NCBI GenBank assembly: GCA_951406725.2
Contig: OX597825.1
Location: 68,262,001 to 68,326,000 of the forward strand
DNA: 64,000 nucleotides
Source: Octopus vulgaris
Lineage: Eukaryota
Direction: 5' to 3'
Positions 12,599-25,580 of this stretch are shown here, in pieces (position 1 is the stretch's first letter; each line of letters starts with the position of its first letter). The translations under genes and the position numbers were made by a program. Below the pieces are notes generated by a model. It ran no database searches and was not told the origin of the DNA. It saw nothing but the letters and a program-made list of their open reading frames with translations.

Positions 12599-13296
12599 GT
12601 GCATGAGCACTCATGCCTGATGGTTGTAATTTGCTTAGCTACAGAATTGCATCCAACATATCCATTCTTTTGCATTGTGTGTGTATATATTATACATACA
12701 TATTATAGTTATATATATGTATATATATATATATATATATATAATGATTTTTCCCTGTGTTCACCTGGTCTGTAGCAGGTGTTTATTCTACGTACATTCA
12801 TTTCTAATAAAAGGTAAAAATGACAAATGTATGCAATTTTATTAAAAAACACTGCGCACTTGATATTAGTTTGAAGTGTTTTGTCAGGCTGATTTCTCTG
12901 TCCTTCTGTCTCTCCTCTCAGCAGGCGTCGTGGCTGATTCCATTATGTACCAACCACTTCATTCAGAAGCACAGTTTTAAGCCGATATTGGATATGGCAT
13001 GAACGCCTCCATCACGTCTCGTGTGGCATCATTTCTTGCTTTCAAATATTCGTATATATATATACCCTGTAGCTATAGACACACAAAACGCACTGTTTTG
13101 GTTACTTTAATGTATGTAAAGTGGTGTTATATGATAGAGAGAGAGAGAGAGGGGCTGTCTGTAAACAGTGCGGATTCTTACCGCAGAAGCGGGCATCGTG
13201 ACCCCGGTTTCGGTTTCTACTTCCACTTGGAAATAATAAAATAAAATAAAAACCGTTGTCTTTTTTTCTCATAATGTCTGGGAATGAATGTTCAGG

Positions 13297-13297
13297 A

Positions 13298-13356
<59 letters not shown>

Positions 13357-13357
13357 T
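13297..13357. repeat. (GATA)n tetranucleotide microsatellite
   Basis: Direct inspection. Confidence 0.95.
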
Positions 13358-15045
13358 CGAGTTTGAAAGTCACAACCGCTTCTTCTCTCTCTCTTTCTCA
13401 TCCCTCCCCTCAACCATATGAATCTGATCTTTGATCTTTGTCATGGAACCGTGTGCTACTGTGTAGCAGATGCTGCTGCGAGGTTTTGCTTGGGAATCTC
13501 CTCCGAAATTACATTATTGATAAAATCGTTTAGGAAAGGTAATGTTGTCACAGCTGCTTTTCCATTTGCTATTTTTCTCTGTATATGTCTGTATAAAAAA
13601 AAAAATGTATTAAAGCTGTCGTTTTGTGCAGCAGTTGACGAAGCAACAAAAATATTTTAGTAAATCTTCCTTGGTTTGATAATAATGACTTGGCGATATT
13701 GTCTCATTCAACAATTGGTCTTTTTTTTAAGTGTCTGTTGTATAAGAAAGAAATGAAACGTCTCCGTGTCCGCTTTGGGTTTATGTGAAAGGCCGAAGTT
13801 GGCTGACAGAATAACCTTGAACTTTAGTACCTTAAACTTTGCGAGACATTTTTCATTGCCATCTTCACGATGCCATTGTGTTTAAGGTCAAAATGTTATA
13901 TCTTCAATATTGTCGCATTATCATTAGATCTTTAATCGATTATGTCCAACGGGTTTCAGTGTAAGATACACACACACACGTATATACACACATATATATA
14001 TATATATACACACATACGAACTTTAGGGTATGTTTGTGACAGATTTCAACTTTTAAAGGCAAATTCACCGCATGCAGTTTATGGTATTAAGTTGAAATAT
14101 GACAAACATATTGTAACTACTCTAAAGTTCGCTTATGCCTAATCACTACTTCACACACACACACACTATATATATATATATATATATAAAGACGCCGCAC
14201 TTCTGTTAATTTCTAAATTTTAAAGGATTAAGCTGTATGAGAACAACAATTGTGGTTGTTAAAAAATATTTTGCTTGGTTATGTCTTCAACTTTAATATG
14301 TTAAGAAAAAGTGAAGTTAACGTAGGATTTGAATAAATTCTATACAAGTTTAATCGTGTTTTCTCTCTGCTATTAATTATTGTAGTTTCTTCAGTTGCCT
14401 TGATGTAAGCATCATCACTCCTTCCTATTGCAGTTTCATTTTCATATCACATTGTTTAATGTTTCTTTTTTCACTTGTTTCCATTGTAAATATTACAGTT
14501 TTTTAACCGACTAGTTGTGGTGGTGGTGATGACCTTTCAGAAACAGTTGCGCAAAGCGGATTTTCATTATTTATTTAGCTGTGTAATTTAGTGATGCAAC
14601 AGTAAATTTGAATGGAAGCAATTTTCTGTGTGATAAAAAGGAATTTTCAGCCACATTTGAGAATGGCGTCAATTATATTATATAAAATATAAAACCAAAA
14701 ATTAAAACAAACAAATGGTGTAAAAAATTAATGAACTATTATTTATGTCCAAGTTATTTGTAAATAGTCTTTCATAAATAATAATTGATGAACCTACAAA
14801 AGAAGAGGCTAAAATATATTTTGCGTCACGGGGTTAACATTTTTTTTTTTTAATTTGAAACTGAGGAAACCAGATTACATTACGTAATCAAGAATTTTTT
14901 TATTATTAACCTCAAATACGAAGACCCCGATGAGAATAAGGTTATTAATACTTCTGTTTACCTTTTATCACTTGTAATAATTATATTTGTCTTAACTCCT
15001 GTATTCTTAACACTTTATTCTTAACACTCATCTGAGTTATATAAT

Positions 15046-15147
15046 CGACATTAAGTTCAACCCTCCGATGATAGAGTTGAACTTAATGTTGGTGTTTCAG
15101 TTTTTCCCAGGAGCTTAATACAGTTCTTGGGAAAAACTCAAACACCA
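15046..15147 (+). other. Two abutting long hairpins (19-bp and ~25-bp stems)
   Basis: cgacattaagttcaaccct / agagttgaacttaatgttg and tggtgtttcagtttttcccaggagc / gttcttgggaaaaactcaaacacca. Confidence 0.85.
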
Positions 15148-15944
15148 GTTTTCTTTAAATCATTTCATTGAAATCAGCTATTTTATTACAATAAGGTATA
15201 GAATATTTGCTTTTGTTTACCTGAGAATAATTCAGGTAGAGTATATTCTTATAATGGTATAACTGTAGAATACTATTCAAAAAGTGAGCATTGTGACTAT
15301 ACATCTTTCAAATCACAACTGTACCATGATGTAATGTTTCAAAACAAGATTCTATCTATATCCATGTTCCAAACCATTATAAATCTGAAATATTTAGTTA
15401 TCCATTTTTCATATCAGGTGATCTGATAATTATGTAATTAAGGTAAAACGAATGGCAAAATTCAGCAGTATAGTTTAACTAGATATTTTATTTTCTGTAT
15501 GATGAATTATTGTCATCAGAATTCTGCTTGATAGACAGACATATACAGAAATATATTTTATATAATGCTATGTTTGAAAAACCTATCTTTTTGTTAAATT
15601 CTGCACTGTTTGTTATTCAGATTGTAACTCAACAATTCAATTTGTCAATGAGTTTTATTCATGTTTTAGATTTTGTTCCCAAGGTTCAACACTTGAAATT
15701 TTATTTTCTATTCAAATTTTGTTATTCAATGCCTACAAAAGAATGACAATGGTCAACACAAAAGAAAACCTAGCAACAACAAAAATCTAACCTGACCTGT
15801 GCTAAACAGACATAGAAAACATTTTTATCTTGATAATAACGTTATGGTTTAACTTTAATTTGTAAATAGCTGCTAGCTAGAGAATTTGAGTTCTGAAATA
15901 AATGGATATAAGAAAAGTTATTATTATTATTATTATTATTATTA

Positions 15945-16560
15945 AGGTGGTGAACTGGCAGAATTGTTAACATGATAGGCAAAATGCTTAGCAGCATTTC
16001 ATTTGTCTTTACATTCTAAGTTCAAATTTTATCAAGGTTGACTTTGCCTTTCATCCTTTCTGGGTCGATGAAAGAACACTGGGGTCAATGTTATGACTTG
16101 TTCCCTCCCCCGAAATTGCTAACCTTGTGTCAAAATTTGAAATTATTCATCATCATCATTATTATTCACCATGCTGGCATGGGTTGGACAGTTCAACTGG
16201 GGTCTGGGAAGCCAGAAGGCTGCACCAGGCCCAGTTCTGATCTAGCAGTGTTTCTACAGCTGGATGCCCTTCCTAACGCCAACCACTCCGTGAGTGTAGT
16301 GGGTGCTTTTTACGTGCCAGACGAGGCTGGCAAACGGCCACGATTGGATGGTGCTTTTTATGTGCCTACCACTTGAAACAAAATCTCTAATGGCATTTCT
16401 TCCAGCTTTATGTTCTGAGTGCAAATGTTGCCAAGGTCAACTTTGACTTGTATTCTTTGGGGTTCGATTAAATAAGTACCAGTTGAGTACTACAGACAAT
16501 GTTATCGAATATTCCTTCTCCACAAAATTTCAGGTTTTATGCTTATAGCGGAAAGAATTA
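15945..16560. mobile_element. Cluster: two diverged family B SINE pieces (+) flanking a family C retroposon (-, ~16148-16372)
   Basis: ggtggtgaactggcagaa head; gcctttcatcc core; reverse of the (GAT)n-tailed family. Confidence 0.7.
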
Positions 16561-17532
16561 TTATTAGAGGGGAATATCCTTATTATTAGAATTTGGTATT
16601 CTTGGCAACTAACATCAATCAGCTCCTTTTGAATGGGAGATAGTTGATTGGCTCAGCAAATCCTTGGATATGTTTGTCTGATCTGTGATCACACAGTCAG
16701 GTATTCTGTGAATAAGACTAGTGAAAAGGGGAATTTGATCTCAATAAATTGCAAAATCCATCCTCAAGAAATTATTTTTAGAAACACATACTCTTAATTC
16801 TTAGACTGCTTGCTAACCATATTGTTAGCATATTCTGGACACACCTAGAAAAGCTTATCAAATAGTTGTTTTTTTTTTATGTTGTTTTTGTTTTTCTTAC
16901 AATGAAAGTAGTCTCTCTCCTATGATAGATTGTAGGTTGTATGCCTCAAAAAAAAAAAAAAAAAAAAAAAGCTGGGCAGCAAAGGTGGATTTACAAAGCG
17001 AGAATTGTTTATCTCAAGCATTCAGACATGGCCAGGGATTATTGAAGTTACTGCATGTAGCTATTTCACATAATCTTGGCATATCTAATAGTTAGTGCCC
17101 CACTCCCATCATGTGTAACAGTGGTATAACAGCAAGAAGAGTTAATAGTGGGTAGGGGAGACACTCCTGGGTGCAAGTGTGAAGCAGTGCAACATTTCCT
17201 ATGACCTGATAATACCTGCTAATTATGGTGAAGGCGCCAAAAGTATATTTTGCTGCCAGGTATTGATTAAAGCCCTCCAGGGATCCTCCATAACAGTGAA
17301 AAAAGTTTGTGGTCTCCATTCAACTTCAGAATAATGATAATAAAAAATCATGAATGTCTTTGAATGCAAGTAGTTCATGAGCCATTCTTACTGACATTGT
17401 GATTTGCATGAAGTAAATTTAATTCATAAATAGCTGCTGGTAAGAAAATTTGCTTTCTGATATGAATGGAAGTAAGGAAAATGATTATTATTGTTGTTGT
17501 TATTATTATTATTATTATTATAGGTGAATATA

Positions 17533-17925
17533 AGGTGGCTAGCTGGCAGAATCGTTAGCACGCTGGGCGAAATGCTGAGCGGTATTTCGTCTGCCGTTAT
17601 GTTCTGAGTTCAAATTCCGCCGAGGTCGACTTTGCCTTTCATCCTTTCGGGGTCGGTAAATTAAGTACCAGTTACGCAACTGGGGGTCGATATAATCGAC
17701 TTAATCCATCTGTCTGTCCTTGTTTGTCTCCTCTGTGTTTAGCCCCTTGTGGGTAGTAAAGAAATAGGTATTTTGTCTGCCATTATGTTCTGAGTTCAAA
17801 TGCTGCTCTGGTCGAATTTACTTTACATCCTTTTGAGGTCGATAAATTAAGTACCAGTGAGACACTGGTGACGATGTAATCAACTACTCCCACCCCTTCC
17901 AAATTTCAGGCCTTGTGCATTTGTT
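17533..17925 (+). mobile_element. SINE family B (CORE-like domain) with internal duplication
   Basis: gctggcagaatcgttagc..gagttcaaattcc (B-box)..gcctttcatcctttcggggtcg..aagtaccag; core repeated from ~17768. Confidence 0.85.
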
Positions 17926-19425
17926 ATTAGTGAATATAAGATATCAAGCTGGCAGAATCATATTTTTGTGCAGCTTGTGGAAATGTTTTGGTTGAGATTC
18001 TTTATTCATAATGGTTAAAAAAAAAAAATAAGAATAAAAAGTATCTAGGCTTTATAGTAATTATTTACTGAGGTTTGAATTGAGGTTGGATTAAGATGTA
18101 ATGCTTGTGGTTAGTAAAAATGAAATTTAAGAATTTTAATCCTAATTTTTATGCTAAATCTAAGTGTGACTTAACTCTTTAGGAGTCACATTAGTCTTTC
18201 AAATGTAATGCTTATTTATTCACATTGTTTTGAATATAGTGCTCTATTTTGTAGCTTTGAAATTTTGGTGATACAATTGTTTGTTTTTAGAATGGTATTG
18301 TAGGGTTGTGAGAGGCCACATCTGTCCAGTTTGAACATAAAACAGAATATTTTGGCTGGATATGCCCAGTTTAAATGCTAAAGTGTTAAAGGAGTGGTGG
18401 AAGCCTGAGGGATAAAAGAAATTTAAGTCAGCAAGAGGTACCAATGACTGGGTTTTCATTGAAAATTTTGATAGTGTTGGCAATTCGTTATGGGTGGGGG
18501 ACAAATTCTTTAATCCTGTAGATTTTGTTAAAACTACCACATAAATCATAATCTTAACACAAAATGTGTCACATAGTTTTGCATTTTGAAGCCCTTATTT
18601 TTTTTTATCCAAAATAATTCCACTCTTTTCATTTTTTACACTTGTATTTGCTTGTCGAAGATATACAATTAGAGAGGGAGCTTCTACATGGTCATTTAAC
18701 TTGCTAGAAATAGTGGTCAAATCTTTCTCAAATCAACCTCACCATCTTAGAAAAAAGGACATGTTGGATAAGGTTGTGTTTGGTTCTCTGTACATACAAA
18801 ACAGGATGATAATGGCGTTATCACTCATAGCAGCCAAAGTTCCCTCAACAAATGGTATCCTAGTTGCCTTCTCCACCCCCCACCCCCGTCCTAATTATTA
18901 GAGGTACATTGTACATGAGAAATACTACCCATTTATTCCAGTCCCTTAGTTCGTGGCCATGTTCAGAATGGCAAGACCAGGAAGTTAATTACATCTATTG
19001 TCCAAGATAAACTGATGTGTAACAAAGAGCTAAAATCAATTATTTTTCTATTATAATGATACTACATTAAATGTTTATTATATATATGTTTGAGCATATG
19101 CAGCTTGGAGGTTGTCTGATTAAATAACATAAATACTAAATTTTGCTTGTAATTGTAGACACCAATGTAAACAGAAAATAAAATTGATACTGATAGTAAT
19201 GGAACAGCTTGTTTCATCTACACAGAAATTTGTATTGTTTCCAAAAGTTTCAATACAACTTACTGGGTGTTGTGTTTAAGATATTTTTTCCCTTCCAGAA
19301 AATTTTAAATGTTTAAATTAAGATTTTGAGTTTAAAAAAAAAAAAATCAAGATTCTGAATGTTTAAAACAAAAATCTGAAGATTATTTAAAATAAATGTT
19401 TGGGTGCTTTTTAAGGGGAAAAAAT

Positions 19426-19828
19426 GCATGATTGACCCGTTAGCATTCAGATTACTCTAATGTAATGCTTATTTATTCACACTGTTTTAAATTGTAGCGT
19501 TGAGATTTTGATGACGTATTTGTTTTTGTTTTTTTTAGAATGACATTGTAGGGTAGGTGTGAGAGGCTAGAGCTTGTTAGTTTGAACATAAAATGGGCTG
19601 CATGATTGACCCTTTAGCATTCAGATTACTCTAATGTAATGCTTATTTATTCACGCTGTTTTAAATTAGTGATGCATTATCTTGTAGCGTTGAGATTTTG
19701 ATGACGTGATTGTTTTTGGTTTTTTTAGAATGACATTGTAGGGTAGGTGTGAGAGGCTAGATCTTGTTAGTTTGAACATAAAACGGGCAGAATATTTGGG
19801 CCAGTTATGGCCAGTTTAAATGCTAAAT
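19426..19828. mobile_element. piggyBac-like MITE family D, tandemly duplicated (~175 bp x2)
   Basis: tgcatgattgaccc.ttagcattcagattactctaatg at 19426 and ~19600; related copies at ~18171-18389, 27580-27775, 44920-45085 and 63450-63592. Confidence 0.75.
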
Positions 19829-20571
19829 ATACTGTTCTTGTTTTATAAACTAAATAGTAAAGTTGATTAAAAACTTAAAAGTAGACTTATCAAGAGATTT
19901 TCTACAAAAAATAAAGTACTGATTATTTTTCACAAGGTGGACTTTAAGGTGCACTTTTATAGCCTACATTTGTTAAAAGTTCAAAGGTCACTGTTTGTTC
20001 TGCTTGGGGTAAATGAACTTTTTCTGAACACCCTAATACTAAAGAAGCCTGTGTTTATTACACACAAGAGATTTCTTTCTAGAATTTAATTACTGATTAT
20101 TAGTGGTGCTTATTATATTACAAATGCATATTAGACCCACATAAATATGATAAATACTGAAATAACTTAGATGAGGTCATACCTCTTTCTCTCCTCCCTT
20201 TCCCTCTTAAACATGGTGTCTTATCTGCCATGTGTCTGTCTGTCATTAGAATGCCACTATGAAGCAAATTGGTGTTTGTATTATTATCCATATAAATCAG
20301 ACTTAAATAAAACAAGTTAAAATTATCACTAAGCAACCAATGAACACTGTTGATAGTGTTCAGTATAGAAGCAGATACAGTGACTGGAGCTAATTTTGTC
20401 AAGGAGGTATGTAACAAGCGCTCAATGCCCATAACTTGATGGCGAATTTGCCAAAATAAAGTTGACAGCTTACTGTGCAAACATCACTTTAAGGTTTCAC
20501 TAAAAAGAGGCATGCCCCTTTCCCCTGACAAATGTTTGATGTTGCAGGCAAAATGGTTTAAAGAATTACCT

Positions 20572-20728
20572 TAACCCTTTAGCATTCAAACCGGCCATAT
20601 CTGGCCAAAATATTTAACCTGTTTTATATTGAAACTGACCAGATCTCGCCTCTCACCTCAGCCCTACCATGTCATTCTAAAACTAAAAAATCACATTTGA
20701 CAGAATAATCTGAACACTAAAGGGTTAA
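20572..20728. mobile_element. piggyBac-like MITE family D
   Basis: TTAA|CCCTTTAG...CTAAAGGG|TTAA termini. Confidence 0.8.
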
Positions 20729-22959
20729 ACTCTTGATTAATCTACAGATATACAAGACAAAAGTTATAACTGGCTGTATTTTTTGTTTGTCATCTCTAAT
20801 CGAAAGAAGAGTCATCCGACGTAATGATATTAAACTTATGTTGACATTAAAAATGGCCTTGGGAGAGCTTGAACAAATGCTGATGTTCCATTGATTTTTG
20901 CAATAGATTTAGTATCTGCAATGGTGAGAGAAATGCAAGATTAATTGCACTAATGAAAAACGACCCCACTTTTCTAGTTTCTGTTGATAGCCTTTTCATC
21001 ATGAACACCTGGTGGCCAAACACTTCAAGATTGATGTTATGAAATCTGTCCTTGGATGAATTTATATTCTTTAAGCCTTTTGTTACCTTATTTCTTTTGA
21101 AATGCACTGCCTTTGCTTCTATCAAAGTTGTGAATAATTTGGTAAAATAACTTTGTCATTATTCAGCTGGTGTTTGAAACATAAATTTACATAAAAATTT
21201 GTTGGAAGGTTTTAAGATAACTTAAAACAGGAAGTTTGTGTCATAGAACCAGGCACAATCTCAGGTGGATTGATATCAAAAGGATTAAACGGGGAAAATC
21301 CACTGACAGTTCAGAAATTTTATTGAAGAATTAGGGCTTTAAGATAAGATCTTATCCCTAATTGCTAACATGATTGATGTTAGCAATTGATAACCTGATA
21401 TTATCCATGAGAGGGATAATATTTTTCTATATTTACTCAAACATCTATTCAGAATGAAATAATAATGTTTCTAAGAGACATATTCTCTAAGATATTTAAA
21501 GCACTTTTGCCATGCTCAGTAGAAAAGTAAAAAGCATTCTTTGTTAATTGAAATACAATACCATGAACAAGACATCTGCGAAAATAAATTATAAAGATTG
21601 CTTTATAATTTCCTAATGAGGTTTGGTGACTTGCAGAAGCTAAAGCCCTCCTCGCCGTTTTTGGAAATCCACTAATGGTTGTCCAATTCTCAGATCTCTG
21701 GTTACAGTCATCTAATGTAATTACAGAAAAACCTGGGTCAACAACATAACTGATACAAGGCCCAATTTGTAATTGAGTTCTGGAAACAAGTCCAAGAAAT
21801 AAAATATTCTGAAATACTGAGATGAGTTGTATACTTGTGCAACTTCCTTGATTTTTCAGCACAGCGTACTGCTTACGTATGACTGCATTGTAATAGCTAT
21901 AAAAAAGAAAAGTGTTGTGCAATCGTTACAAAGAAACACCTGACACACAAACGTGACACTTCTAATTCATACAACTTTGACAGCAGCTCATTAACCTGAT
22001 AATTATAAACATTGTGTTTGTCCTGAGAAATGAATAAAATCCAAAAACAATATTATCTTTCCCCTGCAGTGCTGACCTGAGAGTATGTAAGCTAGTGTCT
22101 GATTTTAATATATCTAATTTTAGTGATTTGCTGAGGTCCCCCGCCCCTGACTCAATATTTTCTAAGATAAATATTATAGTGGAGATGGAGTTCACCCTTT
22201 TAATGTTAATTTTTTTGGCAGTCTTATTTTATCTCATTGAAATACAAAATCACCCCCCCACCCCCACTGTATGTTCTCTTATATTTATTACCTTATCAAC
22301 TATCCTCAATAGAGTTAAAACAACTATCTCTCAAGATTTTGATAAAAATAACCCCCAAATTATTTTATGACACACACACATTCTTGTTCATATATATATA
22401 TATATATATGAGAGAGGGATGGGTCTAGTACATACAAAAAAAAAATTAAAAGAACTTGGCAAGAGTAAATATGTAGTTATATATGTATATATATTGTTTT
22501 CAGTGATAGGACTGTGGCAATACTAGGCCACCATATTCAAGGTTTTTACTTGATCAAGATGGTCTTGGTGCTAATTTCAGTCTCCAACTAATTTTATCAA
22601 TGTGTTGAGTCACTAAGTCACAGGACATAAAGGGACAGGTACATAACTAAGTATTTAGACAACTATAAACACAACCATCAGTGGATCACTTCCTTTGCTA
22701 ATCCAGGTATGATATCCCTTTTGGTAACCTGCCACCACTGTCTTGATTGTGATGGTTGCAACAACTGCTTTTGTCATGAAATTTGTAAACACTGGTAAAC
22801 CATTCTTATTAACTTTTCTGGAACCATGGCTGGAGGTAGGTAGATATGAGCAGCTATAAATCATAGCATGCTTACATTTAGCTCCAGTTATTGTTGTAAT
22901 GTGCAAAGGAAGTCCTTTTCATGGGGTAAAATGCAAACTCTGTAGATTATCCATTACAG

Positions 22960-23740
22960 GTAAAGCTGGACTTATTAAACATACAACAGAAGTGTCTGAG
23001 AAGGTTTTGTGAATAATGAATGCTATGGTGGCACTTCGACAAATAGAACTGGACGATGTGCTGGAGATAGAACAAGCTAAAAAAATTTCATGAAGAAACA
23101 AGGACTAGATTACTAGTTGAATTACTGTGAAGGTTGGTTTTATCGTTTCAAGCAACAATATAACAGAGTAATAATTATGTAGTGTGTGAAAAACTTCAGC
23201 AGACAAGCAGCTGTTGCGTTTGTTGACAAGTTAATTTTAATTTGCGATGACAAATTTATGTCCTCAGCAGATCTACAGTGTTGATGAGATTGTCTTGTAT
23301 TGGAGAACTTCAACAACTGAACATGCAGTACCACTACTGGACTGCTCAAATGTTGCAAAAATCCATAATGTAAGTTGCTTGCTGTTAGAGCCAAAATAAA
23401 AAAAAAAAAAAGAGAGAGAGAAAATGTTAACTCGGGGCTTCCAAAAGCATGGGCAACGCCTTTCTCATTTTGTCAGCTGGGATCATGAGGAGGTTTGGAT
23501 TACAATTAATGTTACAGTAGAATAGTTTGTGAAATATTTTGTTCCCAAAGCACAAGATCATTGTCTATTGACCTTTACAGACAATTAAGATAACACTTAT
23601 TTTAGGCAACTCCTTTACACAACCAGAAGCTGAACTTAGGTGCAAAAAAAAAAAATTAGTTTTCATTATCCAGCTTCCACTTATATGGATATCCTTAATT
23701 CAGTCTCTGGAGAGTGACATTGTTCTCTAAACTATTTACT
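22960..23740 (+). mobile_element. Highly decayed pogo/Tigger-like transposase
   Basis: Remnants GWFYRFKQ (CENP-B HTH), PQQIYSVDEIVLYWR (QIYNADETGL), KAW.T, KYFVPK and SLIQ.L with many frameshifts. Confidence 0.6.
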
Positions 23741-24960
23741 CCTTATTTACGAGGTATTTACTGCTTCTGAATGCCATTAATCCTGGTAGACCAATTTAGG
23801 AATTTCTTAGATTTAAATTGAACGATATGGCTTATTGAATTGCATCTGTACTAAAATGATATTGTGATCAGGTTTAATGTTTGGGGAACGGATGAAGAAT
23901 AATGGTATTATAGGTAATGTACATCATACTGGTTCAGTAATCATGTAGATGTTTATGTTTGGAAAAGGAAAACTAGTGGGAAAATACAGCCAGAAAAATT
24001 GATATAACAAAAGTTTGTTGATAGGTTTATTCAGTTCAGATGTGAAGTACTGAAAGGATTAAGACTAGGATCAGTGACTTCTTTCTCTAATGGCTCACTC
24101 TTGAATTTTTCTTTTTCATTTGGCTAGGGAACACGTGCATACATTATTTAACCTTTCATATTAAAATATCCCTGCAACCCCTACCATTTCCATCACCTAG
24201 CAATGTTTATGTAAACAACCTACAAGCAGTGAAACACATAACGAACCATAAATACATGAATTTTTTTTTATTATTTTAAGAAAGAATCCAGTGGGGCCCA
24301 CAGCACTTTAGTTGCCTTCCTAGGAGTGACAACCCACCCGTTGTTAACCCTTGGTCCATAAAGAATTTTATAATTGAACAAGTAACATTGAACATATATA
24401 TATACAATAGGATAAACTAAACAAAGACCAAAATATGAAACAGTTTATTTCAAAAGAAATGTTTTTAAAAAAAATAGCTATAAAAGAAAAAAAAAAACAC
24501 TCGGCAGCAGATTGAACATTTGAAAATCCAGTGACTTCTGCTCTTGCAACCGTTTGTTCTGTTTATTTTCTCTTGCTATATAAAATTGATTCTATCCATT
24601 TTGTATTATCCTTTTAACTTTCAATTCCTTTGTTGCAACATAACCCCCTACTTTGAATTGTAACTAACAACACAACTTGTTCCTCATTCACCTCTATAAC
24701 TCACCTAATTTCGCTCCTTAGAATTTATTCTGATGGCTTTTTTTGTTATTGTGTGTGTTTATGTATTTCTGTATGTAAATATACACACACATGACTTTAT
24801 TCTGTCTTTGCAATTGCGGTTATAAACTATTGTTGTATAATGTTTTGTATAACAGCTTGAGTATCCTTGATGAAGCTCTGTTGTCATGAATTGCTTAACA
24901 TAATGCATATGAGATTATGTCTGCCCAAGACTCTGCAACACTGCAAACTTCAAAGCATTC

Positions 24961-25335
24961 TTTTATTCTTAGTTGTTTCTGTCATTTGACTGCAGCCATG
25001 CTGGAGCACCGCCTTAAAGGGTTTTTTTAGTCGAAGAAATTGACCCCAGGGCTTATTCTTTGTAAGCCTAGTACTTAATCTAGTTGTCTCTTCAGCTGAA
25101 CCACTAAGTTACAAGGATGTAAACACACCAACATCAATTATCATGCAATACTGGGGGGACAGGCGGACACCAAGACACACACACAACAGGCTTTCAGTTT
25201 CTGCCTACCAAATCCATTCACAAGGTTTTGGTTGGTCTGAAGCTATAACAAGACATTAGCTCAAGGTTCCATATAGTGAGACTGAAACCAGAACCATGTG
25301 GTTGGGAAGCAAGCTTCTTGCTATATGCCTTGTGC
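24961..25335 (-). mobile_element. SINE family A, older copy
   Basis: Homology to other family A copies. Confidence 0.8.
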
Positions 25336-25339
25336 ATGT

Positions 25340-25580
25340 CCTGGATTATTTCAAGGTGCAACTTGCACTGTTGTCCTCAAAGAAGTCTGGCCTTCTAACT
25401 TGCCCGATCCAAATCTGCATTCTTTTGGATGAGGGGCATGATGTCATTGAGGATAAATCAGTACAACACAGCATCAGTATACTGGATTAGACCACTAGGA
25501 AGGCATTCATATAATATAGATAGATAGCTATAGAGGAATGCCTTCCCAATGGATGTGACAATGAGAGCATGTTCAGACTA
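25340..25580 (+). mobile_element. Possible Tc1-like transposase remnant
   Basis: KEVWPSNLPDPN resembles WPxNSPDLNP. Confidence 0.35.

Noticed and set aside
11326-12675. 413-449-aa ORFs in three minus frames
   Set aside because: They are translations of a (TA)-rich tandem array (Y/I/M/C/V only). The same applies to ORFs at 7062-7503, 10294-10794 and 53118-53775.
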